The notes under the pieces: generated by a model
What the model was told of the DNA's origin: nothing
Database searches by the model: none
What the model saw: the letters and a program-made list of their open reading frames with translations, nothing else
Shown: one piece after another, positions 17,820 to 27,352 of the stretch
How the letters are laid out: each line of letters begins with the position of its first letter
Position numbering within the stretch: the stretch's first letter is position 1
NCBI GenBank assembly: GCA_016188545.1
Contig: JACPHO010000001.1
Location: forward strand, 175,336-239,335
Origin: Candidatus Shapirobacteria bacterium
GTDB taxonomy: Bacteria; Patescibacteriota; Microgenomatia; UBA12405
Length of the DNA stretch: 64,000 nt
Direction of reading: 5' to 3'
Translations under genes and position numbers: made by a program

Positions 17820-18908
17820 GTGTTAGAATACTATCATATTATGTACAACTACAGGCTTAAAGAAACTACAACTTGGGTTAACAAACTTATTTCCACTCAC
17901 GAATCCGGCACAATTATAGGTTTACCAATGTCTGGTAAACTCAAAACTATTGAGTCTATCTTCGAGTCAAAAAATCAAATAGACCAACTTTTGGTTATCG
18001 ATCTTTCAATTGCTCCAAAGAGAATTTCAGATTTCATTTCTACAATTCAGCCAAAAATTAACCAATTTCTTTCATCGGGTGGCAAAGTTGTCTGTTTAGA
18101 AAACTGTTCAATAAACTCAAAGAAGCGCCGTCATCAACTAAAGGCAACCACTTCAATTCGAACCGAAATGAACCGTTCTTTCATCTATATTTATAGTTTT
18201 TCCGAAGACATTCTTCTAAAAACAAAAACACTTGATAAATATAACTATCTAAGCGGCATTAGAAACAACATTAACTACTTTCCCTATGCCACCCTTAGTG
18301 AAGTACCTGAACTACTCCAGCAAAACAAAATAAGGTTTGACACCAAATTATTTAAGCTATCACCCGGCGAAGTACTTCAAAAAACGAGTGGTGTCCCTTA
18401 TCTAATTAAGACTCTCTTTCGTGACGAGAATCAACTTGGTGAAAGTATTAGACATCTTATCTCTGAGTTTTCCTCCTCTCAGATTAACCATCTTAAACAT
18501 TTAACCCCAGAGACTATCAAATCTTTCCACAAACTCGGCTTGCTAACCAGCAGCGGTGATTTTATTTCTACCTTAATTAAGCAGGAAGTGTCGAACTCAA
18601 AAATTAGTTTGGAACTAATAATTGACTCCGATAAACAAAAAATACTCGTCGGCGCCCAATCAATCATGTCTGACTTAACCAGCTATGAAAAAGAAATTCT
18701 CTTCAAACTAAAAAAAGACCATAAAATTTCCCGTGAAGAAATTGCCGCTACTTGTTATGGCTCCAAAAAATCAGCTGATTATTCTGACTATGCCATCGAC
18801 AAAATTATTTCTCGACTTCGCAATAATCTGACAAATTTAGGTGCTGATCCCTCGGTTATTAAAACCAATCGTGGGTTTGGTTATAGCTTAAATAACCATG
18901 ACCAATAA
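17820..18908 (+). CDS. Transcriptional regulator with C-terminal OmpR/PhoB-type winged-helix domain and N-terminal P-loop-like region
   Basis: C-terminal LTSYEKEILFKL...AIDKIISRLRNNL...KTNRGFGYSL (trans_reg_C); N-terminal GLPMSGK. Confidence 0.55.
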   Translation: MLEYYHIMYNYRLKETTTWVNKLISTHESGTIIGLPMSGKLKTIESIFESKNQIDQLLVIDLSIAPKRISDFISTIQPKINQFLSSGGKVVCLENCSINSKKRRHQLKATTSIRTEMNRSFIYIYSFSEDILLKTKTLDKYNYLSGIRNNINYFPYATLSEVPELLQQNKIRFDTKLFKLSPGEVLQKTSGVPYLIKTLFRDENQLGESIRHLISEFSSSQINHLKHLTPETIKSFHKLGLLTSSGDFISTLIKQEVSNSKISLELIIDSDKQKILVGAQSIMSDLTSYEKEILFKLKKDHKISREEIAATCYGSKKSADYSDYAIDKIISRLRNNLTNLGADPSVIKTNRGFGYSLNNHDQ

Positions 18909-19884
18909 GTTTGACACGACCCCAAGGTTAATGCTGCCACTACTTTACGATAATGTCGTACCTCAACCTGGTTTTTCCGAATCCAACCTCAACCAGTTAT
19001 CAGCAATTATGGTTGGCAGTCTACCTCACACCCGGTTTGTTCTTGTTGGTTACTTGGCCGAGTCTGATGCTTATCAAATAACATCGGCTCCATTAGAGCA
19101 AAAACTCGACAGTGACCTCTTCCTCCCTGTTGAAAAAACTGATCCAGAAAGATGGCAGGAAATTGTTCAAGAAAACCAACTTGGTAGCAATCCAAATATC
19201 ATCATCAGTGGAGGGTTTACTTACCTATCTCCTGAGTTATCCTCAAAAAGTGAAGCCGATATCAAAATTGAAGTCTCAGCTTCCTTGGCTCGACACCTGC
19301 CTCAAGACCACGTCTTTAGTCATATCGGTCGAACCCGAGAACCACTGACTGTCGTTGGAGAAAACGTCTCAACTTGGGGTCATACTCGGCGTAGTCAAAA
19401 AGTTGGTGATGAAAAGCCTTATTTAGAAATTGTCCCCTTAGTAACCGATGGAAATCAGTCATTTTTAGACGACGAGCTGGAATTGATTGGTATTTCAACT
19501 GATCTAGCACCACGATACTGCAGTTTTTATCAGGGTGATTATAGTCCACTTGATCTACATCTTCACCGGCCCCAAATTGCCCACCATTCTTTCTTTGGAT
19601 TACCTTCCCTCAATTGGGATTATATTGACTCAGCTCCGGATAGTGGACTACATTGGATCAGAAGAGAGATAAAAGCCCTTTCTCTCTATCAGCAAATTGA
19701 TCCAGAATTATTCTCACAACAAACAGATCTTTTTATGGAGCACGTCAGGAGCATAGTGGAAAGACACCCGCAAGTATTGGAAAACCACCTCTATCTTGAC
19801 AAAATTAACCAAGCCTTAAAATCCCTAGTCCCAGCAGTCCGTTCAATATCAGATATATTGCAACCAGAAGTGATAGTAGCTTAG
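18898..19884 (+). CDS. Hypothetical protein co-directional with, and overlapping, the regulator
   Basis: ORF only. Confidence 0.4.
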   Translation: MTNKFDTTPRLMLPLLYDNVVPQPGFSESNLNQLSAIMVGSLPHTRFVLVGYLAESDAYQITSAPLEQKLDSDLFLPVEKTDPERWQEIVQENQLGSNPNIIISGGFTYLSPELSSKSEADIKIEVSASLARHLPQDHVFSHIGRTREPLTVVGENVSTWGHTRRSQKVGDEKPYLEIVPLVTDGNQSFLDDELELIGISTDLAPRYCSFYQGDYSPLDLHLHRPQIAHHSFFGLPSLNWDYIDSAPDSGLHWIRREIKALSLYQQIDPELFSQQTDLFMEHVRSIVERHPQVLENHLYLDKINQALKSLVPAVRSISDILQPEVIVA

Positions 19885-20013
19885 GGTTTAGCAGAATTAA
19901 TATTCCAAAGATCAAGGACATTAGTGGCGAAAGGTTAGTTAATCTCATAACTAATTCTATCAATAATACTTTCGTTTTTACTTTTTTCTTTTGAATTTTT
20001 ACTTTTTTCTGGG

Positions 20014-20820
20014 TTATAACCCATACTTTGATAGTGGAGCATTCCCTACCCTAATTCTCGGAAGAGTGTATCTTTGTTTTACACATAGAATATTTCCTTG
20101 TTTAGTTGTGAATGCCATACTGTAGCCAGACTTTGCCAATATTGCCTCGGCATCATTACTTGGTTTTCCGTATGGATACGCAAATACCTTGGCACCATTC
20201 AGCCCTTTTTCTGCAAGCTGAGTATCGGCCAGTCCAATTTCCTTTTCCAGGACTTCCTTTTTATCAAGAGCACTATGGTGAGACCAAGTATGATTACCAA
20301 AATATATTAGTCCAGAATTTTTCATATCATTAATTTCACTCCAAGTCAGATAATCCATAACATCAACCAGACCCGTGGGAGTAAATAAAGTTGCTGGAAA
20401 GTTGTATTTTTTCAAAATAGGATAAGCAGAGAGATAGTTGTCTTCATAAGCATCGTCTAAAGTGATCACCACAGCTTTTTTTGGTAGTGCTCTTTTCCCG
20501 TTAATAAAATCTGCCAATTCATCCATTCGCAGCACGTTGTATTGTTTATCCTTCAGGTATTGCAGATGTTTTTCAAACCATTCTGGCGACACATTCAACC
20601 CAGTCCTTCCTAGTTTTTTAGCCAGTTTCTCTTCTTGAATATGATGGTACATCAGTACATTTACGGTGGCACAAGGTCCGTACTTCTGATTAATTTCAGC
20701 GAAAGTAACTTGGTGGACGGTTGGAGTTAGTGCAATTGTTGGAGTCGGCATGACCGGAGGCAAAAACTCTGTCCGACCAACCCCTAAAAACCAAAAGAAC
20801 GATAATAAAATATTTTTCAC
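20014..20820 (-). CDS. Secreted polysaccharide deacetylase (CE4/NodB)
   Basis: ITLDDAYEDNY, His motifs (HTWSHH). Confidence 0.7.
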   Translation of the reverse strand: MKNILLSFFWFLGVGRTEFLPPVMPTPTIALTPTVHQVTFAEINQKYGPCATVNVLMYHHIQEEKLAKKLGRTGLNVSPEWFEKHLQYLKDKQYNVLRMDELADFINGKRALPKKAVVITLDDAYEDNYLSAYPILKKYNFPATLFTPTGLVDVMDYLTWSEINDMKNSGLIYFGNHTWSHHSALDKKEVLEKEIGLADTQLAEKGLNGAKVFAYPYGKPSNDAEAILAKSGYSMAFTTKQGNILCVKQRYTLPRIRVGNAPLSKYGL

Positions 20821-20958
20821 GACTTGAGATTATAACTTTTCCGGATTGACAAAACCATCATCTTTTCTTATTCTTCTTATACCCGAATTAAACCCAAAGA
20901 CTATCCATAAACATTTTTCCTGTTTTATTCTTAAATCGTAATTCATAAATCGTACTTC

Positions 20959-22131
20959 ATGATTTCCACTCTACCTTTAGCCTCAGTACTACGCCCCAAA
21001 AACCTCGACGACTTCGTTGGCCAGTCTCATTTGGTGGGAGAAGGCAAGCCCTTGAGGTTGGCAATTCAAAACCATCAGATATTTTCAATGATTTTTTGGG
21101 GCCCACCTGGTGTTGGTAAGACTACTCTTGCCAAAATCATTGCTCAAGAATCAAACGCGGACCTCTATGAACTCTCGGCTGTCTCTGCTAGTAAAGATGA
21201 TATTAAGAAAATAATTGGTAATGGTGAACATGGACTTGTCAAAAAGATCCTGTTTCTAGACGAAATCCATCGATTTAACAAAGCTCAGCAAGACTTTCTC
21301 TTGCCTTATGTTGAGTCCGGTATTCTCACCCTAATTGGTGCAACCACCGAAAATCCCAGCTTTGAAGTCATTTCTCCACTTCTGTCTCGCTGTCGGGTCT
21401 TTACTCTTAACGAACTTTCTTCAGAGGAAGTCGGTGAGATTATCAATCGGGCCTGCAAAGTTCTTAAGATCAAAATAACTAAGGTCCCCAAAGATTGGTT
21501 GACAGGAATGGCCAACGGTGATGCCCGTCAGGCAATTACCATGATCGATAATGCAGTTACCCTCTACGGTAAGCTAACGATTGACACTCTCAAGCAGACT
21601 CTCCAAAACTCATTTCTTCGTTTTGATAAGAAGGGCGAGGAACATTACAATACCATTTCGGCTTTTATCAAATCAATGCGGGCTAGTAACCCCGACGCAG
21701 CTCTCTATTATCTTGCCCGAATGGTTGATGCCGGTGAAGACCCTGTTTTTATCGCCAGAAGAATGGTTGTCTTTGCCTCCGAAGATATTGGTATTGCCAA
21801 TTCTTCGGCTCTAATGTTGGCCAATCAAGTCTTCCAAGCAGTTACCCAAATTGGTTACCCTGAGTGTGCCATCAACCTAGCCCATGGAGTAGTTTATCTG
21901 GCCACTTCCCCCAAAAATCGCAGTGCTTACGACGGTCTCCGTGCCGCCCAAGCAGATGTAAAAATGTATGGTAATTTACCAATACCGCTTAATCTCCGCA
22001 ATGCCCCCACCAGTCTCATGAAAGAGTTAGGCTATGGCAAAGGTTATCAAAAATACACCACCGAAGACTTGTTACCAGACAAATTAAAAGGTAAAAAATA
22101 TTTTAAGCCGATAAAGAAAAATGAATCATAA
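20959..22131 (+). CDS. rarA: Replication-associated recombination protein A (AAA+)
   Basis: [15 protein letters not shown], Walker [10 protein letters not shown], MgsA C-terminal domains. Confidence 0.8.
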   Translation: MISTLPLASVLRPKNLDDFVGQSHLVGEGKPLRLAIQNHQIFSMIFWGPPGVGKTTLAKIIAQESNADLYELSAVSASKDDIKKIIGNGEHGLVKKILFLDEIHRFNKAQQDFLLPYVESGILTLIGATTENPSFEVISPLLSRCRVFTLNELSSEEVGEIINRACKVLKIKITKVPKDWLTGMANGDARQAITMIDNAVTLYGKLTIDTLKQTLQNSFLRFDKKGEEHYNTISAFIKSMRASNPDAALYYLARMVDAGEDPVFIARRMVVFASEDIGIANSSALMLANQVFQAVTQIGYPECAINLAHGVVYLATSPKNRSAYDGLRAAQADVKMYGNLPIPLNLRNAPTSLMKELGYGKGYQKYTTEDLLPDKLKGKKYFKPIKKNES

Positions 22132-22666
22132 ATACATTATCTATATGAAAGCTGGACCTTATTGTGGCTATTCCCTCGAAGAAATTGAAAAAATAAAAAA
22201 CAATGAAGACAAACTGTACGGCAAATTCTATTGGGGGTATGGCGGGGTCTTTTGTCACCCCAAACGCGTTCTGCCATTTGTCGAAGAAAGTATGAAAAGT
22301 GGCCAAAAAATTTACGTTTACTTTTCCATCACCAACTCAAAATTTAATTCACCAATTCCACTTTGTCATTTCAAGTCAACAAATAAAGAAAATTGGCAAC
22401 CTCTTGAGCCAGAAGTTGTTTTGGTTGGCAATCAGTATTCACTAGTTTGCACCAATTTACAAAAAACAGATTTTAAAATAAATTCAAATGAATATATTTC
22501 AATGTTGGGAGACAAACCGGGTAAAAATCTAAATGAATATATTAGATATCGAGTTGACAAATCGTGCGCTATTTACAATCCGACCATTACCAATGTAAAA
22601 CCAAAAAACATAACCATTTCTTATGTCTCGGAGCTAGTCGAGCCATATTGTATATATGTAAAATAA
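22121..22666 (+). CDS. Hypothetical Cys-containing protein in the repair operon
   Basis: ORF overlaps rarA by 11 nt and precedes the radical SAM gene by 2 nt. Confidence 0.4.
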   Translation: MNHKYIIYMKAGPYCGYSLEEIEKIKNNEDKLYGKFYWGYGGVFCHPKRVLPFVEESMKSGQKIYVYFSITNSKFNSPIPLCHFKSTNKENWQPLEPEVVLVGNQYSLVCTNLQKTDFKINSNEYISMLGDKPGKNLNEYIRYRVDKSCAIYNPTITNVKPKNITISYVSELVEPYCIYVK

Positions 22667-22667
22667 C

Positions 22668-23540
22668 ATGCTCACCAAAATCAACGAATTACAAGCCAAA
22701 ACAATTCTCACCAAATCCGGTCTGCCAGGTGCTGATTGGGTAATTAATCCATATCGTGGCTGCCAAATGGGTTGCATGTATTGCTATGCTGCCCAAATCG
22801 CCAGATGGAAACACCCAAGCGAGGAGTGGGGGAGTTATCTAGACATCAAAATCAATGCCCCCGAATTACTCAAAAAAGAACTGACAAATCTCGAAACAAA
22901 AAACAAATCAAAAGATTTTGGATTTATATTCTTCAGCTCCGTTACTGATCCTTATACTCCACTCGAGGCCAAATATCACTTAACCCGCAGCTGTCTTCAA
23001 GTTTTATCCGATTTTGGGTATGAGGGTAAAATTGGAATTCAGACAAAATCACCCCTCGTTTTAAAAGACATCGACATTTTAAAACTTCTAAAAAATGTCC
23101 AAGTAGGCTTTACCGTAACAACTTTGGACGACAAGGTATCTAGGTTTTTGGAAGTATCAGCTCCACCAGTCAGCGAAAGAATCAGAGCATTAAAAGAGCT
23201 AAGCCGACGAGGTGTCCCCACCTACGCTTTTATTGGCCCGTTATTGCCACATTTTATGAATAGTAAGGCAGATATCAACCACTTACTGGACACACTCCAG
23301 GATGCCGGTGTTGCCGAAGTCTGGTTTGAGCACATTAACTTAAGTTCAAAGATCAAAGCCCGACTTTTCGAATATCTAGAGACCGAGTCTCCTAATTTAA
23401 TTCCCGAGTTTGAAAAGGCTGACAACCAAGAGTATCGGGACAAGTTCAATCAGGTTATCTATGAATGCCTTGAAGGCAGAAATCTCAAACTAGGACTTGG
23501 CAAGGTAATTTTCCATCACGATTTACCCCAGAAAAAATGA
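22668..23540 (+). CDS. Radical SAM protein, spore-photoproduct-lyase (SplB/COG1533) family
   Basis: CQMGCMYC = CxxxCxxC; NPYRGC context typical of the SPL family. Confidence 0.6.
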   Translation: MLTKINELQAKTILTKSGLPGADWVINPYRGCQMGCMYCYAAQIARWKHPSEEWGSYLDIKINAPELLKKELTNLETKNKSKDFGFIFFSSVTDPYTPLEAKYHLTRSCLQVLSDFGYEGKIGIQTKSPLVLKDIDILKLLKNVQVGFTVTTLDDKVSRFLEVSAPPVSERIRALKELSRRGVPTYAFIGPLLPHFMNSKADINHLLDTLQDAGVAEVWFEHINLSSKIKARLFEYLETESPNLIPEFEKADNQEYRDKFNQVIYECLEGRNLKLGLGKVIFHHDLPQKK

Positions 23541-23866
23541 AAAAAACTTCCCCAACTCCATTTATGAAAAAAGTTTGGGAACTAGCCCTCTCAATCCCTC
23601 CCGGACGAGTTACTACTTATGGTTTACTAACCATTAGTGCTGGCGGTCACCCGATGATGGCTCAGATGATTACTTCTATTCTGGGGCGCAGCCCGGACGT
23701 AGACCGCATCCCTTTTCATCGGATTGTCTATGCCGGCGGGAAAGTCTGGATGTCACCCAAATATCGCAAGGTAAGATTAAAACTATATAAAGAAGAGGGG
23801 ATCATCTTAGATAAAAAAGATAAAATAGCCAACTTTGAAAAGATAGTCTATGGTTTTGGTTTATAA
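23537..23866 (+). CDS. Alkyltransferase-like (ATL) protein: MGMT DNA-binding fold without the active-site Cys
   Basis: PFHRIV replaces PCHRV; compare the true Ogt at 27502. Confidence 0.55.
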   Translation: MKKTSPTPFMKKVWELALSIPPGRVTTYGLLTISAGGHPMMAQMITSILGRSPDVDRIPFHRIVYAGGKVWMSPKYRKVRLKLYKEEGIILDKKDKIANFEKIVYGFGL

Positions 23867-23875
23867 TATTTTTTA

Positions 23876-24313
23876 ATGAGGAAAGATATCCAGGAATATT
23901 TGACCGAAGCGACCGATCTTTCGGCCATCGGACATAGACTAGTTGAGTTTCTGAGATGTCTAAAAAGTCAGGGTAACCCAAAAATCGGGTATGTAGCAGG
24001 CATGATTACTTCTGAGGGGCCAGAGTTTGTCGAGCGTAACTTATTGCGACTGGAGAAATACACCCAACAAATATCTAAAAAGTATCATTTCCCAGTATTT
24101 TCCCAAAATGATATTTTTACACCCGAGGTTTACCAGCTAATCAAAGCATCAGGAGTGACTAGAGAGGAATTTGAGGAATTTTATCGACAGGTTCACGGAT
24201 CAGGTTTAATAACCCACCTGTTTATGACTCCTAGATGGGAGTTGTCACGTGGGGCCACCGACGAGTTGAACACGGCAGTAATGGCCAATCTAACCATAAT
24301 TTATATTGAGTGA
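23876..24313 (+). CDS. Hypothetical protein (possibly nucleoside-deoxyribosyltransferase-like/DUF4406-like fold)
   Basis: IGYVAGMITSEGPEF pattern; weak. Confidence 0.35.
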   Translation: MRKDIQEYLTEATDLSAIGHRLVEFLRCLKSQGNPKIGYVAGMITSEGPEFVERNLLRLEKYTQQISKKYHFPVFSQNDIFTPEVYQLIKASGVTREEFEEFYRQVHGSGLITHLFMTPRWELSRGATDELNTAVMANLTIIYIE

Positions 24314-24321
24314 CAGGTTAT

Positions 24322-24350
24322 TTGACACACTAAATGAGGGGTGCTACAAT
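24322..24350 (+). promoter_or_regulatory. Consensus sigma70 promoter TTGACA-17 nt-TACAAT (with TGC extended -10)
   Basis: Read directly: ttgaca cactaaatgaggggtgc tacaat. Confidence 0.7.
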
Positions 24351-24511
24351 CCGTACATAAATCGAAATTTCAATGATTGCATCGAAACTTTCGGTAGTTC
24401 TTTAAAATTTTGGTTTTGTTCCCGAGATCGACAAGCAGTAAACTAGTTTTACTATTTATCGATCCCGGGAATCTCTCCAAATTTGTTCGTGTCCGATTTT
24501 TACCCGTAGTT

Positions 24512-24606
24512 CGAGTTCCAAGGCAAGTGTAGTGTTCTACCGCAAGCGTACGAGTTCAGCAAGTGTAGTGTTCTACCGCAAGTGTTCGAGTTCCCTGCAA
24601 GTGGCC
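24512..24606 (+). repeat. ~2.6 tandem copies of a 36-39-nt unit (cgagttc..gcaagtgtagtgttctaccgcaag..)
   Basis: Exact 24-mer gcaagtgtagtgttctaccgcaag at 24523 and 24559; cgagttc at 24512, 24551 and 24587. Confidence 0.8.
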
Positions 24607-24918
24607 CCACCGCATCCTACCCCTGGGATGAAAGCTTATTAAAGACACGGCGAATGTTTTGGAGAGACGTCGTGTCGATGGTGAGGATGGCATATGCCCT
24701 CCTCTACCGCGGTCGCCCAAAAGGGCGACCACCACACACAAAAAACCAAAAACAAAAACAAAAAAACAGCAAGACCTTGGACTAAAAATCCTTTGTATAT
24801 ATATTTTTTATATATCCCCAAAGTGTTTTTATTCCGCTGTTTTTTTTCGTAATTCCGATGATATCGGAACTGATGAGTTCTGAGACTTATGTCTCTAAGA
24901 ACGAATACGACCACTTCA

Positions 24919-24941
24919 ATACCCCACATGGGGTATTTTTT
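24919..24941 (+). terminator. Rho-independent terminator
   Basis: ATACCCCA-cat-TGGGGTAT hairpin + TTTTTT. Confidence 0.65.
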
Positions 24942-24957
24942 ATGTCACAATAATCTT

Positions 24958-25107
24958 ATGTCTACCGACAAAACTGCTCTAGGCGACCTTAAAATCTTAT
25001 TGACCATCATCTTCTTTGCCAGTTTAATTTGGGGATTTTTTAAGTTCAAAAATAAAATATCTTCCACCGCTCGTCCTGTTCCTTCAACTCAAGTAAATCA
25101 AAAATAG
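24958..25107 (+). CDS. Possible small membrane protein (49 aa)
   Basis: MSTDKTALGDLKILLTIIFFASLIWGFF; weak. Confidence 0.2.
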   Translation: MSTDKTALGDLKILLTIIFFASLIWGFFKFKNKISSTARPVPSTQVNQK

Positions 25108-25802
25108 TGTCTATTCACACCGAGCTTCAAAAACTAAACTACTCCGTTGATACCAAGACCCGACAATGGGTTCAAAAATACCTCGGTTCAGATAAACCCA
25201 CACGTTGCATCAAGTCCGCTGTCATCCAGCAGATTGCAAAAGATAAATTAAAAGGAGTCACTAGCCCTAACAACCTTTTTGGTTTGATTGATGATATTTA
25301 TACTCACGCCACTACTTTTGAAGAAATGGCCATTGCCGCCAATATTTTCACCAAAGGCCGTCGCAATCACGACTCATCGGTAATAAAATACTTGGACAAG
25401 TGGCTAAATAAAACCGTAGGTTGGGCTGAAGTTGACAGTCTATGTCAGTCGAGTATCAGTGCGATTGATATGCTAAAAAACTGGTCAAAATGGCGTAAAC
25501 AGCTAAACACTTTTTCCCTCGATAAAAATGTCCATAAGCGTCGTGCATCTATGGTCTTGCTCTGTCGGTCACAACGCGAGTCGGATGACTCCCGCCTATC
25601 AGACTTAGCATTCGAGTTGGTGAATAGATTAAAAGGGGAGAAGGATATCTTGATTACCAAAGCCATCTCCTGGATCCTCAGATGCACCGTAAAGCACCAC
25701 CCAGACGAATTGGCAGTCTATTTAGAAGACCATGTAGACACTTTACCTCGAGTTGCCTATCGTGAAGCCAGTAAAAAATTGGCTACTGGTAAGAAAAACT
25801 AA
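25107..25802 (+). CDS. AlkD/AlkC-family DNA alkylation repair glycosylase (HEAT-like repeats)
   Basis: C-terminal KAISWILRCTVKHHPDELAVYLEDHVDTLPRVAYREASKKL matches PF08713. Confidence 0.65.
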   Translation: MSIHTELQKLNYSVDTKTRQWVQKYLGSDKPTRCIKSAVIQQIAKDKLKGVTSPNNLFGLIDDIYTHATTFEEMAIAANIFTKGRRNHDSSVIKYLDKWLNKTVGWAEVDSLCQSSISAIDMLKNWSKWRKQLNTFSLDKNVHKRRASMVLLCRSQRESDDSRLSDLAFELVNRLKGEKDILITKAISWILRCTVKHHPDELAVYLEDHVDTLPRVAYREASKKLATGKKN

Positions 25803-26029
25803 CCAAGCCTTCTCGCTTTTATAGTTCCACCACCATTAACAGTGTCAAGGTAAAAGCCGAGATCAGGTGACAACTCTGCAGCTGTCATGCGTCTAATCCT
25901 TTCTTGCATTTCCTGTTCTTTAACTTGAGCTCGTCGCCTGATTTCTGCTGCGGTCAAGTGTTGTTTTGGTGGCACGACAGGTACTGGAAGTGTATTATTG
26001 GGTCCTTCTTTTGGAGGAAGTTTGGTCAT
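25799..26029 (-). CDS. Small hypothetical protein
   Basis: ORF only. Confidence 0.2.
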   Translation of the reverse strand: MTKLPPKEGPNNTLPVPVVPPKQHLTAAEIRRRAQVKEQEMQERIRRMTAAELSPDLGFYLDTVNGGGTIKARRLG

Positions 26030-26086
26030 TATTTATATCAAACACACCGTGAACGTCCGCAATTATACCATTCCGTTAGTTTCAAC

Positions 26087-27352
26087 TTATCTATCTACAA
26101 AAGTCAGGGCGTATCCAGTTGCGTCACCGCGTCCGGTACGACCAATGCGATGACAATAATCATCGTAATTATTTGGTTTATCGAAGTTGATTACGTGGGT
26201 AATATCAGCAATATCAAGTCCTCGTGCAGCTACATCAGTAGCGACTAATATTCGGATAACATTTTCCTTGAACATTCTAACGACCGCTTGACGCTTGTGT
26301 TGAGGTTTACCGCCATGTAGTGAGGCCACCTTATGACCTTTTGTGGACAAACCAACAGATAGCCTCTCGACCATACTTTGAGTTGCTCCAAAAACCAATA
26401 CTTTTTTAAGATCCTGGTTCTCTAAAAGTTCATGTAGTTTTGCTTCTTTTTCATGACGAGCTACTTGGACGATGTTTTGTTCAACGTGTGAAGAACTGTC
26501 TTGGGTCTTTACTGATATTTTTACAGGACTAGTAAGTAAGGTGTCTATCAGAGCTTCAACCTTTTTATTGACTGTAGCTGAGAAAAATAGTGTTTGTCTT
26601 TCCTTGGGAATCTGGTTCATGATGTGACGGATGTCTTCAATGAAACCCATGTCCAACATTCGGTCAACCTCATCTAATACGACGGTATTCAATTTTGAAA
26701 AATTGATAACTCGACGTTCCCCAAGATCTTTGATTCTTCCTGGAGTTCCGATGATTACTTGTGGGTCACGTTTAATATCAATAATCTGCTCACGCATGTA
26801 AGCACCACCAATGGCTAGAGCTATATAGACACGAAGTCCTGGTGTGAAAGTGCGAAACTCTTGTTTAATCTGTTGAGCCAGCTCGCGAGTAGGAGCCAAA
26901 ATGATTATTCTTTTACCTGGGTTCTTTAATATTTCGTTAATAAGAGGTAGTGCAAAAGCGGCCGTTTTACCAGTTCCAGTATTGGCAATTCCCAATACAT
27001 CTTTACCTTGCATTACTTCAGTAATGACTTTGTCTTGAATTGGGGTTGGTTTTATATAACCCTTAGTAACTACGTTTGCCAAAAGTGTTTGATCAAAACC
27101 AAAATCAGCGAAACTATTGACAGTTACTGTCTCTTCGATAGTAACTACTGGAGTCGCTTTTCGAATAAACATGGCAGTATCAATATGCTCTCCAAAACCG
27201 CGCTTGGGCTTGGCCCACTTGGTAGTCGGTTTATTTTTAAACCAACCCCTGCGGGTACCGGAAGAACTCCCAGCCTGACGGCTGCGATAATTACCGGAAT
27301 TGTTTGAACCGAAATTTTTAAAACCAGATGAGGGCTTACTGTTGTTGTACAT
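26087..27352 (-). CDS. DEAD-box ATP-dependent RNA helicase with G/S/R-rich N-terminal extension
   Basis: Q motif, GTGKT, DEVD, SAT, HRIGRTGR. Confidence 0.8.
   Translation of the reverse strand: MYNNSKPSSGFKNFGSNNSGNYRSRQAGSSSGTRRGWFKNKPTTKWAKPKRGFGEHIDTAMFIRKATPVVTIEETVTVNSFADFGFDQTLLANVVTKGYIKPTPIQDKVITEVMQGKDVLGIANTGTGKTAAFALPLINEILKNPGKRIIILAPTRELAQQIKQEFRTFTPGLRVYIALAIGGAYMREQIIDIKRDPQVIIGTPGRIKDLGERRVINFSKLNTVVLDEVDRMLDMGFIEDIRHIMNQIPKERQTLFFSATVNKKVEALIDTLLTSPVKISVKTQDSSSHVEQNIVQVARHEKEAKLHELLENQDLKKVLVFGATQSMVERLSVGLSTKGHKVASLHGGKPQHKRQAVVRMFKENVIRILVATDVAARGLDIADITHVINFDKPNNYDDYCHRIGRTGRGDATGYALTFVDR

Larger units (their letters stand above)
24357..24941 (+). ncRNA. Candidate structured non-coding RNA of unknown class. 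It carries a GC-rich island, a 12-bp-stem hairpin at 24421-24471, 36-39-nt tandem repeats at 24512-24606, a hairpin GGTCGCCC-aaaa-GGGCGACC at 24709-24732 and a hammerhead-like core at 24848-24909
   Basis: No convincing ORF; flanked by a consensus promoter and an intrinsic terminator; local GC well above surroundings. Confidence 0.4.

Noticed and set aside
24523-24582. Two exact 24-nt repeats separated by 12 nt, considered as a mini-CRISPR array or a type III (ToxI-like) RNA antitoxin
   Set aside because: Spacers of 12 nt are far too short for CRISPR. Only about 2.6 copies are present. There are no cas genes, and no ToxN-like endoribonuclease gene follows. More likely modular structure within a non-coding RNA.
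24357-24941. Identity of the non-coding locus as RNase P RNA, tmRNA, SRP RNA or 6S RNA
   Set aside because: Signature strings were not found: P4 AGGAAAGUCCGG or ACAGAACCCGGCUUA for RNase P, a tag-peptide ORF with ..AA* plus GGUUCGAnUCC and CCACCA-3' in tmRNA context, or the SRP domain IV GGAAGCAGCC. Left as unknown class.
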